Shown here piece after piece: positions 9,827 to 20,869 of a stretch of DNA of 64,000 nt. Source of the DNA: Candidatus Latescibacterota bacterium. Lineage in GTDB: Bacteria; Latescibacterota; UBA2968; UBA8231. The stretch lies in contig OZ253462.1 in NCBI GenBank assembly GCA_965261395.1, forward strand, positions 5,088,001-5,152,000, read 5' to 3'. The notes below the pieces were generated by a model. It was not told the origin of the DNA. It searched no databases and saw nothing but the letters and a program-made list of their open reading frames with translations. The translations under genes were made by a program, and so were the position numbers. How positions within the stretch are numbered: the first letter of the stretch is position 1; each line of letters begins with the position of its first letter.

Positions 9827-10618
9827 GTGAACGCTCCACAAACCCACAACCGCCAACCCATTCCCGGCATTAAAGATACACTAGCCATAGCCAGCGGCAA
9901 GGGCGGCGTCGGCAAGTCCACGCTCTGCGCCAACTTAGCCGTGAGCTTGGCCCGTCAAGGGCTACAGGTCGGCTTGCTCGACGCCGACATCTACGGCCCC
10001 AATATCCCGGGCCTGCTCGGCCTAGAGGGCCGACCAACCGCAGATGACGGCCGCATCCAGCCCTTGTCCGCGCACGGCCTCAAAGCCATTTCCATGGGGA
10101 TGCTAATCGACCCGGGGATCCCGGTCGTGTGGCGCGGCCCCATGCTGGCCAAGATGATGCACCAATTTCTCTTCAACGTCACTTGGGGTGAGCTCGACCT
10201 CCTGCTCATAGACCTGCCTCCCGGGACTGGAGACGTACAAATCACGCTGACTCAAGTGGCACCCTTGACTGCGGCCTTGATTGTCACCACGCCCTCAGCC
10301 ATTGCCCTCGAAGACGTGCGCCGCGGCGTCGAGATGTTCCGCCAGACCGAGGTGCCCATCGTCGGCTTGGTCGAGAACATGAGCTATTTCCGCTGCGACA
10401 ACTGCGGCCATACCGACCCCATCTTCGGCACCGGAGGAGGCCGCGCCACGGCCAGTCGCTTGGACATTCCCTATCTAGGCGAAATTCCGCTCGACCCGCT
10501 CGTCCGCAGCCAAGCCGACGCGGGGGAGCCGGTCGTAAGGACACATCCCGATGCCGAGGGCAGTCAAGCCCTCGCGCACCTAGCCGCCGCCATCGGCGCT
10601 TATTTTCAGCCCGCATGA
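9827..10618 (+). CDS. apbC: Mrp/NBP35 (ApbC) Fe-S carrier ATPase
   Basis: ASGKGGVGKST, DADIYGP, WRGPM, DLPPGTGD, ENMSYFRCDNC; start placed at GTG after AGGA. Confidence 0.9.
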   Translation: MNAPQTHNRQPIPGIKDTLAIASGKGGVGKSTLCANLAVSLARQGLQVGLLDADIYGPNIPGLLGLEGRPTADDGRIQPLSAHGLKAISMGMLIDPGIPVVWRGPMLAKMMHQFLFNVTWGELDLLLIDLPPGTGDVQITLTQVAPLTAALIVTTPSAIALEDVRRGVEMFRQTEVPIVGLVENMSYFRCDNCGHTDPIFGTGGGRATASRLDIPYLGEIPLDPLVRSQADAGEPVVRTHPDAEGSQALAHLAAAIGAYFQPA

Positions 10619-11625
10619 GCCGCGTCCAAATCGCCTGCGTCGGCGCGGGGTATTGGGGCAGAAACCTAGTCCGCGTCTTCCACGACTTGCCCGATGTACA
10701 TCTGCGCCAAGTCTGCGACGCCAGCCTGGAAATCCGCAGCGACATCCAGCGCCAGTACCCGGAAGTCCCTATCACCGCTAGCTACGACGAGGTGCTCGGC
10801 GACGACGCGCTCGACGCCGTAGTATTGGCCGTCCCAGCCGCCGACCACTACGAATTGGCCCGCCGTGCCCTAGAGCGGGGCAAGCACGTGTACGTCGAAA
10901 AGCCCATGACCCTCAACGCCACCACGTCGGCTCACTTAGTCGAATTAGCCGCAGAGCGGGACCGGGTGCTGATGGTTGGGCACCTGCTGAAGTACCACCC
11001 GGCCGTGCAAATGCTACATGATTTAGTACGGGAAGGCGCGCTAGGCGACTTGTATTATCTGTACTCCCAGCGCGTCAACTTGGGCATCGTCCGCCGCGAT
11101 GAAAACGCCTTGTGGAGTTTGGCGCCACACGACATATCGGTCATCCTGTACCTGCTCGGCCAAGAGCCGGACGCCGTCAGCGCCCGCGGCGAGTGCTATC
11201 TGCAACCCGACATCGAAGACGTGGTTTTTGCCAATTTGCACTTTGCCGATGGCAAGATGGCGCAGATGCAGCTCTCTTGGCTCGACCCGCACCGCATCCG
11301 CCGCCTGACCGTGGTCGGCAGCCGCAAGATGGCGGTATTTGACGATGTGGAAAGCACGGAAAAGGTGCGCATCTACGACAAATCGGCCGAGCGACCGCAA
11401 TACGACTCTTATGGCGACTCCATCGCGCTGCGCTTTGGCGATGTCGTCATTCCGCGGCTGCAAATGGCCGAGCCACTAAAACTAGAATGCCAGCACTTCG
11501 CCGAGTGCGTGCGCAGCGGCCAAACGCCCCGCAGCGATGGCCGCGATGGGCTGCGCGTCGTGCGGGTCTTAGAGGCCGCGCAGGCGTCGCTGCGTCAAGC
11601 CGGTGCCCCAGTGCCGCTGCGCTAG
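10615..11625 (+). CDS. Gfo/Idh/MocA family oxidoreductase
   Basis: GAGYWG, HVYVEKP, SLAPHDIS. Confidence 0.9.
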   Translation: MSRVQIACVGAGYWGRNLVRVFHDLPDVHLRQVCDASLEIRSDIQRQYPEVPITASYDEVLGDDALDAVVLAVPAADHYELARRALERGKHVYVEKPMTLNATTSAHLVELAAERDRVLMVGHLLKYHPAVQMLHDLVREGALGDLYYLYSQRVNLGIVRRDENALWSLAPHDISVILYLLGQEPDAVSARGECYLQPDIEDVVFANLHFADGKMAQMQLSWLDPHRIRRLTVVGSRKMAVFDDVESTEKVRIYDKSAERPQYDSYGDSIALRFGDVVIPRLQMAEPLKLECQHFAECVRSGQTPRSDGRDGLRVVRVLEAAQASLRQAGAPVPLR

Positions 11626-13829
11626 CGCACGGTAAATTCCGCGTGGGTCTCGGCTTGGTTGCCGCTCATATCCCGCACCCTCAGCACTAGGCGGTGCGCG
11701 CCCGGCGATAAATCTTCCGCCAAATGCCCGTACACGCGCCCGGCTTCTGGATCGTATTCAGCGATCAGCGGACGTCCGTCGAGCTCAAACTCAAGGTCTG
11801 CTTCCCGCCCAATGCCCGCGCCTTGGTCGCGCACCGCGCCGCGAATTTCCGGACGCGAGCCAACGACGGCCCCTTCAGCGGGCTGCAAGCTGCTGATCTC
11901 AGGGGCTGCAAGGTCGGCCAACAGCGCATAGCGGCCAAAGCGACGCACCCGTGCCACGACCTGTCGGCCCAGAGCATCCCATTCGTTGCTCACCAGCGAC
12001 CACTTTTCAGCGGCGATCTCTCGGTAGATGCCCAGCTTCTCCGGCGGCAGTGTTCCCCGGTGGTCGTAGCGCAAGCGCAGCGCAACCTTGCGGTCAAAAC
12101 TAACATCAGGCCCCAAGGCAAAAGCCGGCCCGGCTGCCATTAGCGCAGCGGGCACTTGCGGTTCAAAGGTTTCGACTTGCGGGAAAAACGGCGCGTACGC
12201 GCTCGCCGCGGCAAAACCCAATTCGACCGCGCCGCCAGCATAGGTCAACTCAGCCGCAGCTCCCGGCTGCACGAGCTGCCGGTCGAGGACGACCTTTTGC
12301 ACGGCTGCCTTTGGCGTCCGCAGCAAAACCGATCCCGCTGCCGAGCCGTTCGGACCGAGCGGCACGGTGACTCGGAATTCGCGCAAACCGGTCTGACGGG
12401 GGCTGATATTAGCGGTATCAGCGCGGACTAAGGGCGTAGCGCTGGGCACTTGTGAGTATCGCATCACGAGCTCCACGAAATCCGCGTGGGAACGGCGCTC
12501 CAAGGAAAAGGGCGGCGCAGCGGCCCCGGCGTCGGGCAGGCGACAAATGGCAAAGGCCGTAGCGCCCGCTGGATCCCGCGCCTGGATTCGCCAATAGGAA
12601 GCGTTGCGGTGGATCTGCCACTTGAGCGGACCGGGGCGGCTCTGCCGCCGATCTACGCGCCGCCACGTCTCGCCATCGCGCGAGCTGGCCAATGCTACTT
12701 CCACGAGCGGGTCGTCCGCATCGGTCAGCCGTGCCTCGATAAAGGCTCCGTCCCCTTTCTCCACGATCCGCGCCCCGGCAATGACCGGCGGTTCATCAAC
12801 CACCAACCCAAAGCGCGCCCGGCTCTCATTGCCGTTGACATCCGCAACAACGACGACGGCCTCGTGCCGCCCCTTGGCCAAGTTTAGCATTCCATCGTCA
12901 GGCCCCTCGTAGAATTCGAGCCGATTGCCCGGCAGGCGGCACAAATTGTAAAAGCGACCCACCCCGCCCTTAAAAGCAGCCAGTGGCCGGTCCAAATACA
13001 TCTGGTGCATATCGCCGTACCCGACCCGCTCGTAGCGCGCCGCGAAAACCGGCTCGCCGTCGATGTGCAAGGACGCGCGATAGGGGGCTAGTTTGTTGGG
13101 GGCTGCATCGGCGCGATCGTACATCAACGCGCTGATGCTCACCGGGCCGAGTACCTGCACGGGCCGCGCCCCGGCGAATTCCCCCCGGCCCGGCTGCCAG
13201 CGCAAATTCAGCACATAGGGATCGTGCCCGCCCTCGACTTGGGCATTGTGGCCATGCGGCGTAATGGCCACTCGTTGCAAGGTCGGCGCAATCGTATCGG
13301 CGATGGCGAACCCGTGCAAGAGGGGATTGATCGCCACGTTATTTGCGTCGCGCAGTTCTAGGTGCAAATGGGGAGGACCGGCTCCGCTCTCGCCGCTCCA
13401 AGCGATGACCGAGCCACCTAGCACTGGAATCTCCCCCTCCTTGAAGTACAAATCCACGCTGTAGCGTCCGCGCTGCTGCTGTGCTTGCTGCACGTGCTCG
13501 GCCACGGGCGCGGCAAAGCCCTCTAGATGGGCATATACCACGATGCGACCATCGGCCAGTTTCTGGTACAAGGCCCGACCATAGCCCCAAGGTGAGGTGC
13601 GCACCCGCCAGATATAGCCGTCGGCTAGGGCTTGTACAGGGTGGCCGGTCTCGCCCCAAGTCTTGAGGTCTATGCCGGCGTGGAAGGCTCGGGAACGCGA
13701 TTCGCCGAAGGTGGAAGACAAAGCTGGCGCAAGGCGCAGCGGCCAGACGAGACCCCCCTCTTGCGCGCTAGCCGGCAGCCACGCGGCCACCATTAACAAG
13801 AGCATCCATTTAATCACAGTCGTCCTCAT
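11622..13829 (-). CDS. M23 family metallopeptidase with a long C-terminal extension
   Basis: Signal peptide, FHAGIDLK, YAHL, PHLHLELR. Confidence 0.85.
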   Translation of the reverse strand: MRTTVIKWMLLLMVAAWLPASAQEGGLVWPLRLAPALSSTFGESRSRAFHAGIDLKTWGETGHPVQALADGYIWRVRTSPWGYGRALYQKLADGRIVVYAHLEGFAAPVAEHVQQAQQQRGRYSVDLYFKEGEIPVLGGSVIAWSGESGAGPPHLHLELRDANNVAINPLLHGFAIADTIAPTLQRVAITPHGHNAQVEGGHDPYVLNLRWQPGRGEFAGARPVQVLGPVSISALMYDRADAAPNKLAPYRASLHIDGEPVFAARYERVGYGDMHQMYLDRPLAAFKGGVGRFYNLCRLPGNRLEFYEGPDDGMLNLAKGRHEAVVVVADVNGNESRARFGLVVDEPPVIAGARIVEKGDGAFIEARLTDADDPLVEVALASSRDGETWRRVDRRQSRPGPLKWQIHRNASYWRIQARDPAGATAFAICRLPDAGAAAPPFSLERRSHADFVELVMRYSQVPSATPLVRADTANISPRQTGLREFRVTVPLGPNGSAAGSVLLRTPKAAVQKVVLDRQLVQPGAAAELTYAGGAVELGFAAASAYAPFFPQVETFEPQVPAALMAAGPAFALGPDVSFDRKVALRLRYDHRGTLPPEKLGIYREIAAEKWSLVSNEWDALGRQVVARVRRFGRYALLADLAAPEISSLQPAEGAVVGSRPEIRGAVRDQGAGIGREADLEFELDGRPLIAEYDPEAGRVYGHLAEDLSPGAHRLVLRVRDMSGNQAETHAEFTVR

Positions 13830-14484
13830 ATGTATGTAGAGCCATGCGGTCCGGGGCTACTTCGAGAAAGTGGAGGGGTTTTTCGGTCCAAGCACCGGTG
13901 TTGAAGTAGCACCGGCCCTGCCGCTCAATCGCCATGGCCGCGTGCGTGTGCCCGCAGACTATGGCTTCAACTCCCTCATGCCGTGCCACGCGCAGGGCGT
14001 TGCGCGCCACGTGTTCGTTGAGCACCCGGTAGAGCAAAGACCATTTCTTGGCGTACTCGGCCACGTGGGCATCGCGCCCGCCGAGCCAGATGCGGCAACG
14101 GTGCAAGCAGCGGAAAACCCACTTGAACGCCGAGTGCCGAGGCATTAGCTGGTCGAGCCTATGACCATGGATTACGAGCAGCCGCTGATCGAGCCGCCAG
14201 CTATCGACAAAGCGGATCCGCCCCGGCTCGGCCAGCTTGAATTCGGCATCGTGATTGCCGTACACCCAGATTACGGGCCGGTATTGCGACTCGCTCACGA
14301 GGCGCTCCAGCACGGCCCGATGGGCGTCGGGCAGGGCTTGGCCCGGCTCATCTATGACGTCGCCGTTGAGCACGAGCGGCACCCCTTTGGGCAAAGCATC
14401 CAGCCAAGAAGAAAAGTTTCGATGGCAAAAGTAAGCCGATCCTAGGTGCAGATCGCTGACGATGAAGCAGCGTGCGACGCCCAT
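13810..14484 (-). CDS. Calcineurin-like metallophosphoesterase (LpxH-like)
   Basis: SDLHLG, NGDVID, GNHD, HGH, CGHTH, NTGAW; start moved to MGVARC. Confidence 0.85.
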   Translation of the reverse strand: MGVARCFIVSDLHLGSAYFCHRNFSSWLDALPKGVPLVLNGDVIDEPGQALPDAHRAVLERLVSESQYRPVIWVYGNHDAEFKLAEPGRIRFVDSWRLDQRLLVIHGHRLDQLMPRHSAFKWVFRCLHRCRIWLGGRDAHVAEYAKKWSLLYRVLNEHVARNALRVARHEGVEAIVCGHTHAAMAIERQGRCYFNTGAWTEKPLHFLEVAPDRMALHTYEDDCD

Positions 14485-14524
14485 GCCCCTTGCTGTATGG
14501 GTTATATTATTGAATAATTGCCCG

Positions 14525-15988
14525 ATGAATAAACAGAGAACCCCATCTGCGCGCAAAGCGTACGACCCGGATAAATTACAGGCCCTGCTCCAGTACATTG
14601 GCCATCTGCTGCCCAACGACCAAGAGCGCGCGGCCTTTGATCGGTGCTCGCGCACGCCCCCCCCCGCTTCGCTGCGCTTGAACGCGCTCCAAGCCCAAAC
14701 GCGACACGTACGGCCCCACTTGCTCCAACGCGGCCAAAGCGTGCCATGGTGCAGCGATGGCTTCGCCTTGCCAGAGAGCGACGCAAGCTTCGGCCAGACC
14801 CTTGAACACGCCATGGGCGCATATTACGTCCAAGCCAAGGCCCCCATGCTAGCCGTCGAGGTGCTGGCCCCCCAGCCCGGCGAGCGCGTCCTCGACCTGT
14901 GTGCCGCCCCGGGCGGTAAGGCCACCCAGATTGCCGCGCGCATGCAAAACAGCGGCCTGCTGCTGGCCAACGAACTCCAGCGCAAGCGCATGCCCGCCCT
15001 CGTGGGCAATTTAGAGCGCTGTGGAGTGGCCAATCACGTCTTGACCCAAGCCCCTGGAACTATGCTGGCGCGTTACTTTCCCAACTTTTTCGACCGCATC
15101 TTAGTAGATGCCCCCTGCTCGGGCGACGGCATCGTGCGCAAAGACCAGAGCATGCTCACCTACTGGTCGCCGCAAGACGCCCAGCGCCTCGCGCAGCAAC
15201 AGAAGGGCCTCTTGCGCGCCGCCTATGCAATGCTCCGCCCCGGCGGCACCTTGGTGTATTCGACGTGCTCGCTCTCGCTGGAGGAAAACGAAGAAGTGCT
15301 CCTCGGGCTGTTGCGCCGCTATGGAGAAGACGTCGCTATCCTCCCCATCGCAGAGTTCGAAGGACCGCCGCTGCCGGATGCACTGGCCGCCCAATTCCCG
15401 ACCGAGTTCGCCCGCTGCGTCCGCGTCTGGCCCCACCACCACGACACCGAAGGGGCTTTTGTCGCTCGTCTTTCCAAACGCGCGCCGACGCCAAGCCCCG
15501 AAGACGCCCCTGCTTGGGCTGTCTCGACGACCGATCCCGCCGCCGCCGAGTCCCGGCACGCCATCGAAGGCCGGTGGAGCGGCACCCTGCCCTGCCCCCC
15601 GGACCAGATATTCACCCTCGGCAGCCGCCACCTGTGCCAGCAGCCGGCGCTCGGCCCGGCTATCCAAGAGCATCTGCCCTACTTCGTCCGCAGTGGCATG
15701 AGGGTCGCCCGTCCCCACAAAGGGTACTACTACCTGTCCCAGCAAACCGTCTCCCTATGGGGGCATCTCATGCAGGGACCTAGCATCGAACTAGACTGGC
15801 CCCAACTACAAGACCTGTTCGCGGGGCGTCCAATCCACTGCGACCCGCCCACGGGCCTCAAAGGCGAAGTGTTCTGCCGCTTTGGGCCGTGGACCGTCTG
15901 CCGCGCCATAGCCAGAGAGGAAGGCCACCTGCTCGAAGGCATGCTGCCGCGCGCGTTGTTCCGCGCCAATTTGGATCGGCTAGTGTAA
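14525..15988 (+). CDS. RsmB/RsmF (NOL1/NOP2) RNA m5C methyltransferase
   Basis: LDLCAAPGGK, LVDAPCSG, YSTCS...ENE, EGAFVARL. Confidence 0.9.
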   Translation: MNKQRTPSARKAYDPDKLQALLQYIGHLLPNDQERAAFDRCSRTPPPASLRLNALQAQTRHVRPHLLQRGQSVPWCSDGFALPESDASFGQTLEHAMGAYYVQAKAPMLAVEVLAPQPGERVLDLCAAPGGKATQIAARMQNSGLLLANELQRKRMPALVGNLERCGVANHVLTQAPGTMLARYFPNFFDRILVDAPCSGDGIVRKDQSMLTYWSPQDAQRLAQQQKGLLRAAYAMLRPGGTLVYSTCSLSLEENEEVLLGLLRRYGEDVAILPIAEFEGPPLPDALAAQFPTEFARCVRVWPHHHDTEGAFVARLSKRAPTPSPEDAPAWAVSTTDPAAAESRHAIEGRWSGTLPCPPDQIFTLGSRHLCQQPALGPAIQEHLPYFVRSGMRVARPHKGYYYLSQQTVSLWGHLMQGPSIELDWPQLQDLFAGRPIHCDPPTGLKGEVFCRFGPWTVCRAIAREEGHLLEGMLPRALFRANLDRLV

Positions 15989-15995
15989 GGGAGAA

Positions 15996-16610
15996 TTATC
16001 GCGCAGGCCCCGGCCAAGGCGGGAAGAGCTGGTGCTCGATCCGCAGCACGTTGCAGATGCGGCCAGCGATAAAATCGCCCAAATCGTCAAAGGTCTGCGG
16101 CTTTTGGTAAAAGGCTGGCATGGCTGGCAGAATGACCGCTCCGGCTTCGGCCGCCGCCGTCATATTGCGCAACTGAATCAGATTGAGCGGGGTCTCGCGC
16201 ACCACCAGCACCAGCGGCCGCTGCTCCTTGAGGCTGACATCGGCGGCCCGCTCCATTAGGCTCGCAGACGCCCCGCGAGCGATGCTCGACAGCGTCTTGG
16301 CCGAACAAGGCACCACCACCATGCCGTCGATAGGCACCGAACCGCTGGCGATGGGGGCCGATAGGTCGCCGGCATTGTATTCGCACAGGTCGCCAGCTTG
16401 GGTCTCCTCCCCATAGCACCGCGTTATAAATGCGCGCAAGCTCTCCTTGTCGGGGCGGAAGCCCAACTCCTCGACGAGCAGGTAGCGCCCGTATTTTGAC
16501 AGGACCAGATGCACTTGGTGTCCGCCGATCAGCAGGGCGCGCAGCAGGCGACCAGCGTAGAGCGCGCCACTGGCCCCGGTGATGCCGACGACGATTTGCT
16601 TGCCGCTCAC
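15996..16610 (-). CDS. ubiX: Flavin prenyltransferase UbiX
   Basis: GITGASG, IASGS, VVPCS, LVVRETP, PAMPAFY. Confidence 0.92.
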   Translation of the reverse strand: MSGKQIVVGITGASGALYAGRLLRALLIGGHQVHLVLSKYGRYLLVEELGFRPDKESLRAFITRCYGEETQAGDLCEYNAGDLSAPIASGSVPIDGMVVVPCSAKTLSSIARGASASLMERAADVSLKEQRPLVLVVRETPLNLIQLRNMTAAAEAGAVILPAMPAFYQKPQTFDDLGDFIAGRICNVLRIEHQLFPPWPGPAR

Positions 16611-18589
16611 GACGTCCCCTTTAGCGCCTCGCGGCCCGCTTCGAGCGTGGCGACAATCGCATCCACGTCATAGACGCAACCACCCCAAGTGCCGCCGCCG
16701 ACGTTTTGCAACGCCGCCCACAGCTTAGTGTCGTCGGGTAGCTCCGCTTCGGGCGCAAGGTCTGAGCGCAAGGTGCGTTCGGCTAGCACCCGCTGGCCTT
16801 CCTCTGCGCCGAACTCCTCGCCTTCGCAGCCGACCAAGTCGATGCACCCGCGCAGATTGTGGCAGTCGATTTCAATGGCGATCAAGTCGCCGTCCCGCAG
16901 CTTGCCAATCGGTCCGCCAGCCAGGGCCTCCGGGCCGATGTGCCCGATGCACGGGCCGGAGGAAAACCCCGAAAATCGCGCGTCCGTAAGCAGGGCCACT
17001 CGCTTGCCGATATCCGTGTACTTGAGCGCGATCGTAACCTGCGCCACTTCCTCCATCCCCGTGCCCATCGGCCCGCAGCTAATCATCACCAGCACGTCGC
17101 CTTGCTCAATCTCGCCGGCCTTGATCGCGGCGATGGTGTCGCGTTCGGTGGTAAAAACCTTCGCCGGCCCCGTGTGCCGATAGACCCCCTGCGCGTCCAG
17201 CAATGAAGAGTCAATGGCCGTGCTTTTGACGACCGCGCCCTCGGGCGAGATGTTGCCGACCGGGAAGCAGGTGGTGCTGGTCAGGCCCTTGGCGCGAGCG
17301 CGATCGGCGTCCATAATCACGTCGTCCGGGTCCACCCCGTCTAGCTTTTGCAATTCCTCGCGGAAGCGGTGACGGCGCGGCGCATTCTCCCACCAGTCGA
17401 GGTTTTCGCCCAGCGTGCGGCCCGTAACCGTCATCACCCTCTCCTCCAACAGCCCTAGGCGGCGCAGGTGCAACATGACCTCCGGCACCCCGCCAGCCAA
17501 AAAGGCGCGCACAGTAACGTGGAACTCTGGGCCATTGGGCAGCACATCGACCAAGCGCGGCACCTCGCGATTGATCCGGTCCCAATCCCCTACCTCTGGC
17601 CGCTTCCGCCCGGCCGCATGGGCAATAGCCGGCACGTGCAATATCAAATTGGTCGAGCCGCCAAAGGCCGCGTGGACGACCATAGCGTTGTGCAGCGCCT
17701 GATCGGTGACCAACTCCTGCGAGCGAATGTCCGCGGCCTCCAGCGCCATCAGCGCCCGCGCCGAGCGCACGGCCATATCGCGCCAAACCGCTTCTCCCGA
17801 AGGAGCCAGCGCCGAATGCGGCAGCGACAGCCCCATCGCCTCGCCCACCACTTGAGCCGTGGCCGCGGTCCCCAAAAACTGGCAGCCGCCTCCCGCTGTG
17901 GCGCAAGCCCGGCAGCCGAGCACCTGAAAGTCGTCAATGTCCATCTCGCCCCGTGCCAGCCGCGAACCCGCCGACTGGATCTTGCCCGCGTCCTCGCCTT
18001 CTTCCGGCGGCAGGGTCACCCCGCCGGGCACGACAATAACCGGCAAGTCTGGCATACCAGCTAGGGCGATGAGGACCGCCGGCAATCCCTTGTCGCAGGT
18101 GCCCACGCCCATCACGCCGCGCCGCGTCGGCAACGAGCGGATCAAGCGGCGCAGAACCATGGCCGCGTCGTTGCGGTACGGCAGGCTATCGAACATGCCG
18201 GTCGTGCCCTGCGTGCGGCCATCGCACGGGTCCGAGCAATAGGCGGCAAAGGGAATGCCGCCCCGGCGGTGGATTTCCTCGGCCGCGGCCTCCATCAACA
18301 GGCCGATTTCCCAGTGGCCAGTGTGGTAGCCCAGCGCGATCGGCCGGCCATCCGGGGCGCGGATGCCGCCCTGCGTGCTGATGATGAGGAACTCTCCCCG
18401 GCCCAGCTCGTCGGGGTTCCAGCCCATCCCCGCGTTCTGGCTGTAGCCAAAGATGTGGCCGCTCGGCGCTTCGACGACCTGCTCTATGGTCAGCGGCAGC
18501 TTGCCGCTGGGTCCGGGAGCGCGGGTGCGGATCTGGTAGATCGCATCATCGGTCTCGCCGACGATTTCTGCAAAGGAATCAGTACTCAT
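16607..18589 (-). CDS. YjhG/YagF family D-xylonate dehydratase (IlvD/Edd superfamily)
   Basis: [48 protein letters not shown]. Confidence 0.85.
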   Translation of the reverse strand: MSTDSFAEIVGETDDAIYQIRTRAPGPSGKLPLTIEQVVEAPSGHIFGYSQNAGMGWNPDELGRGEFLIISTQGGIRAPDGRPIALGYHTGHWEIGLLMEAAAEEIHRRGGIPFAAYCSDPCDGRTQGTTGMFDSLPYRNDAAMVLRRLIRSLPTRRGVMGVGTCDKGLPAVLIALAGMPDLPVIVVPGGVTLPPEEGEDAGKIQSAGSRLARGEMDIDDFQVLGCRACATAGGGCQFLGTAATAQVVGEAMGLSLPHSALAPSGEAVWRDMAVRSARALMALEAADIRSQELVTDQALHNAMVVHAAFGGSTNLILHVPAIAHAAGRKRPEVGDWDRINREVPRLVDVLPNGPEFHVTVRAFLAGGVPEVMLHLRRLGLLEERVMTVTGRTLGENLDWWENAPRRHRFREELQKLDGVDPDDVIMDADRARAKGLTSTTCFPVGNISPEGAVVKSTAIDSSLLDAQGVYRHTGPAKVFTTERDTIAAIKAGEIEQGDVLVMISCGPMGTGMEEVAQVTIALKYTDIGKRVALLTDARFSGFSSGPCIGHIGPEALAGGPIGKLRDGDLIAIEIDCHNLRGCIDLVGCEGEEFGAEEGQRVLAERTLRSDLAPEAELPDDTKLWAALQNVGGGTWGGCVYDVDAIVATLEAGREALKGTS

Positions 18590-18616
18590 GCTACCTCGTT
18601 ATTTTTTGGTTCAGTC

Positions 18617-19627
18617 CTACCAGCCCTCTTCGCGGACTTGGATTTTCTTTAGCAGGGGACGCCACCAAGCTTCGTTGTCGCGGTACCAGTGGACCGTATC
18701 GCGGAAGCTCTGAGCAAAATCAACTTGCGGTTCCCAACCCAATTGGATGCGGATTTTGCTTGAATCAAGTAGGTAGCGCCGGTCGTGGCCAGGCCGGTCA
18801 TCGACGTAGGTTTTGTGCGCAGCGTCCATCCCCAAGGCGTCGAGGATCAGGTCGGCGATGGTTTCGATGTCTTTTTCAATGCCGCTGCCAACGTTGTACG
18901 TCTGCCCGATCTCGCCTTTTTTCAGCACTAGGTCTATGGCCCGGCAGTGATCATCAACGTGAAGCCACTCGCGGCGGTTCTGGCTCGATTTGTACAGCGG
19001 CATCTTCTGGCCGGTGAGCAGGCGGACGACGAAGAAGGGGATGACTTTTTCCGGGAATTGATAGGGGCCGAAGTTGTTGGAGCAGTTCGACAGCGTCACG
19101 GGCAAGCCAAAGGTGTGGCCATAAGCGCGCACGGCCAAGTCGGCCGCAGCCTTGGCCGCGTTGTACGGAGTGCGCGGCCGATAGGGCGATTCCTCGCTGA
19201 AGGTCTCGTCCGCGTCGAGGGCCAGATCGCCGTACACTTCGCAGGTGGAAATGTGGTGGAAGCGCGGCACTTGGGCATCGGCCGCGGCCTGCAACAGCTT
19301 TTGCGTCCCCACGACATTGGTCTGGAAAAAGGCCGAGGGATTGACAATGGCCAAGCTGTTGTGCGATTCCGCGGCAAAGTTGACCACGTAGTCGGGGCGG
19401 TGGACCTCGAAGAGATGACGGGTCAGATCGGCATTCTGAATATCGCCGCGGACAAAGGTGTAGCGGTCGCCATAGCTTGCTTCCACGTCCTGCAGGCTGG
19501 CCAAGTTGCCGGCGTAGGTGAGCAGGTCGTAGTTGACAATGCAGTCGTCGGGATAGGTCGATAGCCAGTAGCGAATGAAATTGGAGCCGATGAAGCCAGC
19601 GCCGCCGGTGACGAACAGGGTAGTCAT
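18617..19627 (-). CDS. rfbB: dTDP-glucose 4,6-dehydratase
   Basis: TGGAGFIGSN, LTYAGN, FAAESH, YNAAK, GPYQFPEK, DRPGHDRRY. Confidence 0.92.
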   Translation of the reverse strand: MTTLFVTGGAGFIGSNFIRYWLSTYPDDCIVNYDLLTYAGNLASLQDVEASYGDRYTFVRGDIQNADLTRHLFEVHRPDYVVNFAAESHNSLAIVNPSAFFQTNVVGTQKLLQAAADAQVPRFHHISTCEVYGDLALDADETFSEESPYRPRTPYNAAKAAADLAVRAYGHTFGLPVTLSNCSNNFGPYQFPEKVIPFFVVRLLTGQKMPLYKSSQNRREWLHVDDHCRAIDLVLKKGEIGQTYNVGSGIEKDIETIADLILDALGMDAAHKTYVDDRPGHDRRYLLDSSKIRIQLGWEPQVDFAQSFRDTVHWYRDNEAWWRPLLKKIQVREEGW

Positions 19628-19662
19628 GGATTCTTTTGGTTAGGGATTGGGTACGTGGTCCG

Positions 19663-19702
19663 TTATTTAATCAATTGTTTAACATTTGGGCAACTCGCAG
19701 CC
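19663..19702 (+). repeat. Left copy of a degenerate ~40-bp direct repeat bounding the defence island
   Basis: TTATTTAATCAATTGTTTAACATTTGGGCAACTCGCAGCC matches 27378-27416 at 30/40 positions by manual alignment. Confidence 0.6.
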
Positions 19703-19716
19703 GGGATTTCAGTAAA

Positions 19717-19758
19717 TACCCTTATTACTACCCTTATTCAAGCATTACTACCCTTATT
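19717..19758 (-). repeat. Three copies of AATAAGGGTA(GT) across the Fic stop codon
   Basis: TACCCTTATT at 19717, 19729 and 19749 on the plus strand. Confidence 0.8.
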
Positions 19759-20799
19759 CCCGATAAAACGCCAGCGCGCACCCGGGCCTCGACCGCTGCA
19801 AGTTACATCGCCGGATTTCTTTAGCTCCGCCAAGAGGGTGCGAATCCATTCGCGGCCGACGCCGGGGCAATCGCGTTCTAGGTCGCTCAGGCGGAATTCG
19901 CCCGGTTGGGCGCGGATGGCGGCGAGCACCCGCTCAGACTTGGCACCCCGTGGGGCCTTGATCTGACCAGCGCGTTCCTCCAATTCGACGTAAGCACGGC
20001 GGATGATCGCGAAGAGGAAATTGAACCAAGGCGTCAGTTCGTGTTTGCCATCGTGCCAGCGCTGTGAACTGAGCCGGAGGCATTCGTAGTAGGACTCCCG
20101 GGATTCCTCAATGAGGCGTTCCAAGCTGATGTAGCGACCGACCTCATAGCCGTGCTGGTAGAGCGCCAACAGGGTGAGCAGCCGAGACACGCGGCCGTTG
20201 CCGTCCCGGAAAGGATGGATGCAAAGGAAATCCAAGACGAGGGCGGCGATGGCGATGAGCGGCGGGATATTCTCCTGGTCGAGGGCGTACTGGTAATGCT
20301 GGCAGAGTTCTTCTACAGCCGCCGGGGCCTCCGCGGCCTTCACGCAGCGGAACCGGACCACCGGGGCCTGTCCGGGCAGGAATTCCACGATGTCGTTATC
20401 AACTCGTTTTAATTGGCCCGCGTCGCCGCTGGCGGATTGGCAAAGGGCATGTAGGCGTTGCAAGGTATCTGGCGTGATAGAAAGCGCGGCGTAGTCGGAG
20501 TGAATCTCGTTCAAGGCGCGGCGATAGTCCTGAATCTCCTGCTCGGAGCGGTCACGGGGTTTCGCTTGGCCGAGCACCAGCGGGTAAAGGCGAGCCGGGG
20601 CGACCGTCACCCCCTCAATGCGGTTGGAGGACTCAGCGCTTTGAACGACAGCCGTGTCGCGGAGCGCTTTGAGGGCTTGCGGCGACTGGCGTGTGAATAG
20701 CTCCTGTTTGCCCCTCGACTCGGCGATATCGTTGAGCAGCCACACTGTGCTCAGAGGCGTTTCATGGTCGCGTAGGCGGTTGTTGCGGAAAGAATTCAT
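19738..20799 (-). CDS. Fic family protein with a C-terminal HTH-like segment
   Basis: HPFRDGNGRVSR Fic motif; SAESSNRIEG inhibitory-type motif. Confidence 0.92.
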   Translation of the reverse strand: MNSFRNNRLRDHETPLSTVWLLNDIAESRGKQELFTRQSPQALKALRDTAVVQSAESSNRIEGVTVAPARLYPLVLGQAKPRDRSEQEIQDYRRALNEIHSDYAALSITPDTLQRLHALCQSASGDAGQLKRVDNDIVEFLPGQAPVVRFRCVKAAEAPAAVEELCQHYQYALDQENIPPLIAIAALVLDFLCIHPFRDGNGRVSRLLTLLALYQHGYEVGRYISLERLIEESRESYYECLRLSSQRWHDGKHELTPWFNFLFAIIRRAYVELEERAGQIKAPRGAKSERVLAAIRAQPGEFRLSDLERDCPGVGREWIRTLLAELKKSGDVTCSGRGPGARWRFIGNKGSNA

Positions 20800-20869
20800 G
20801 GTTTGAGAAGATTTTAGTCTGGAGGGGATTCAGCAATCTGCACATAGCTATAAAAGAAGATGCAATACC

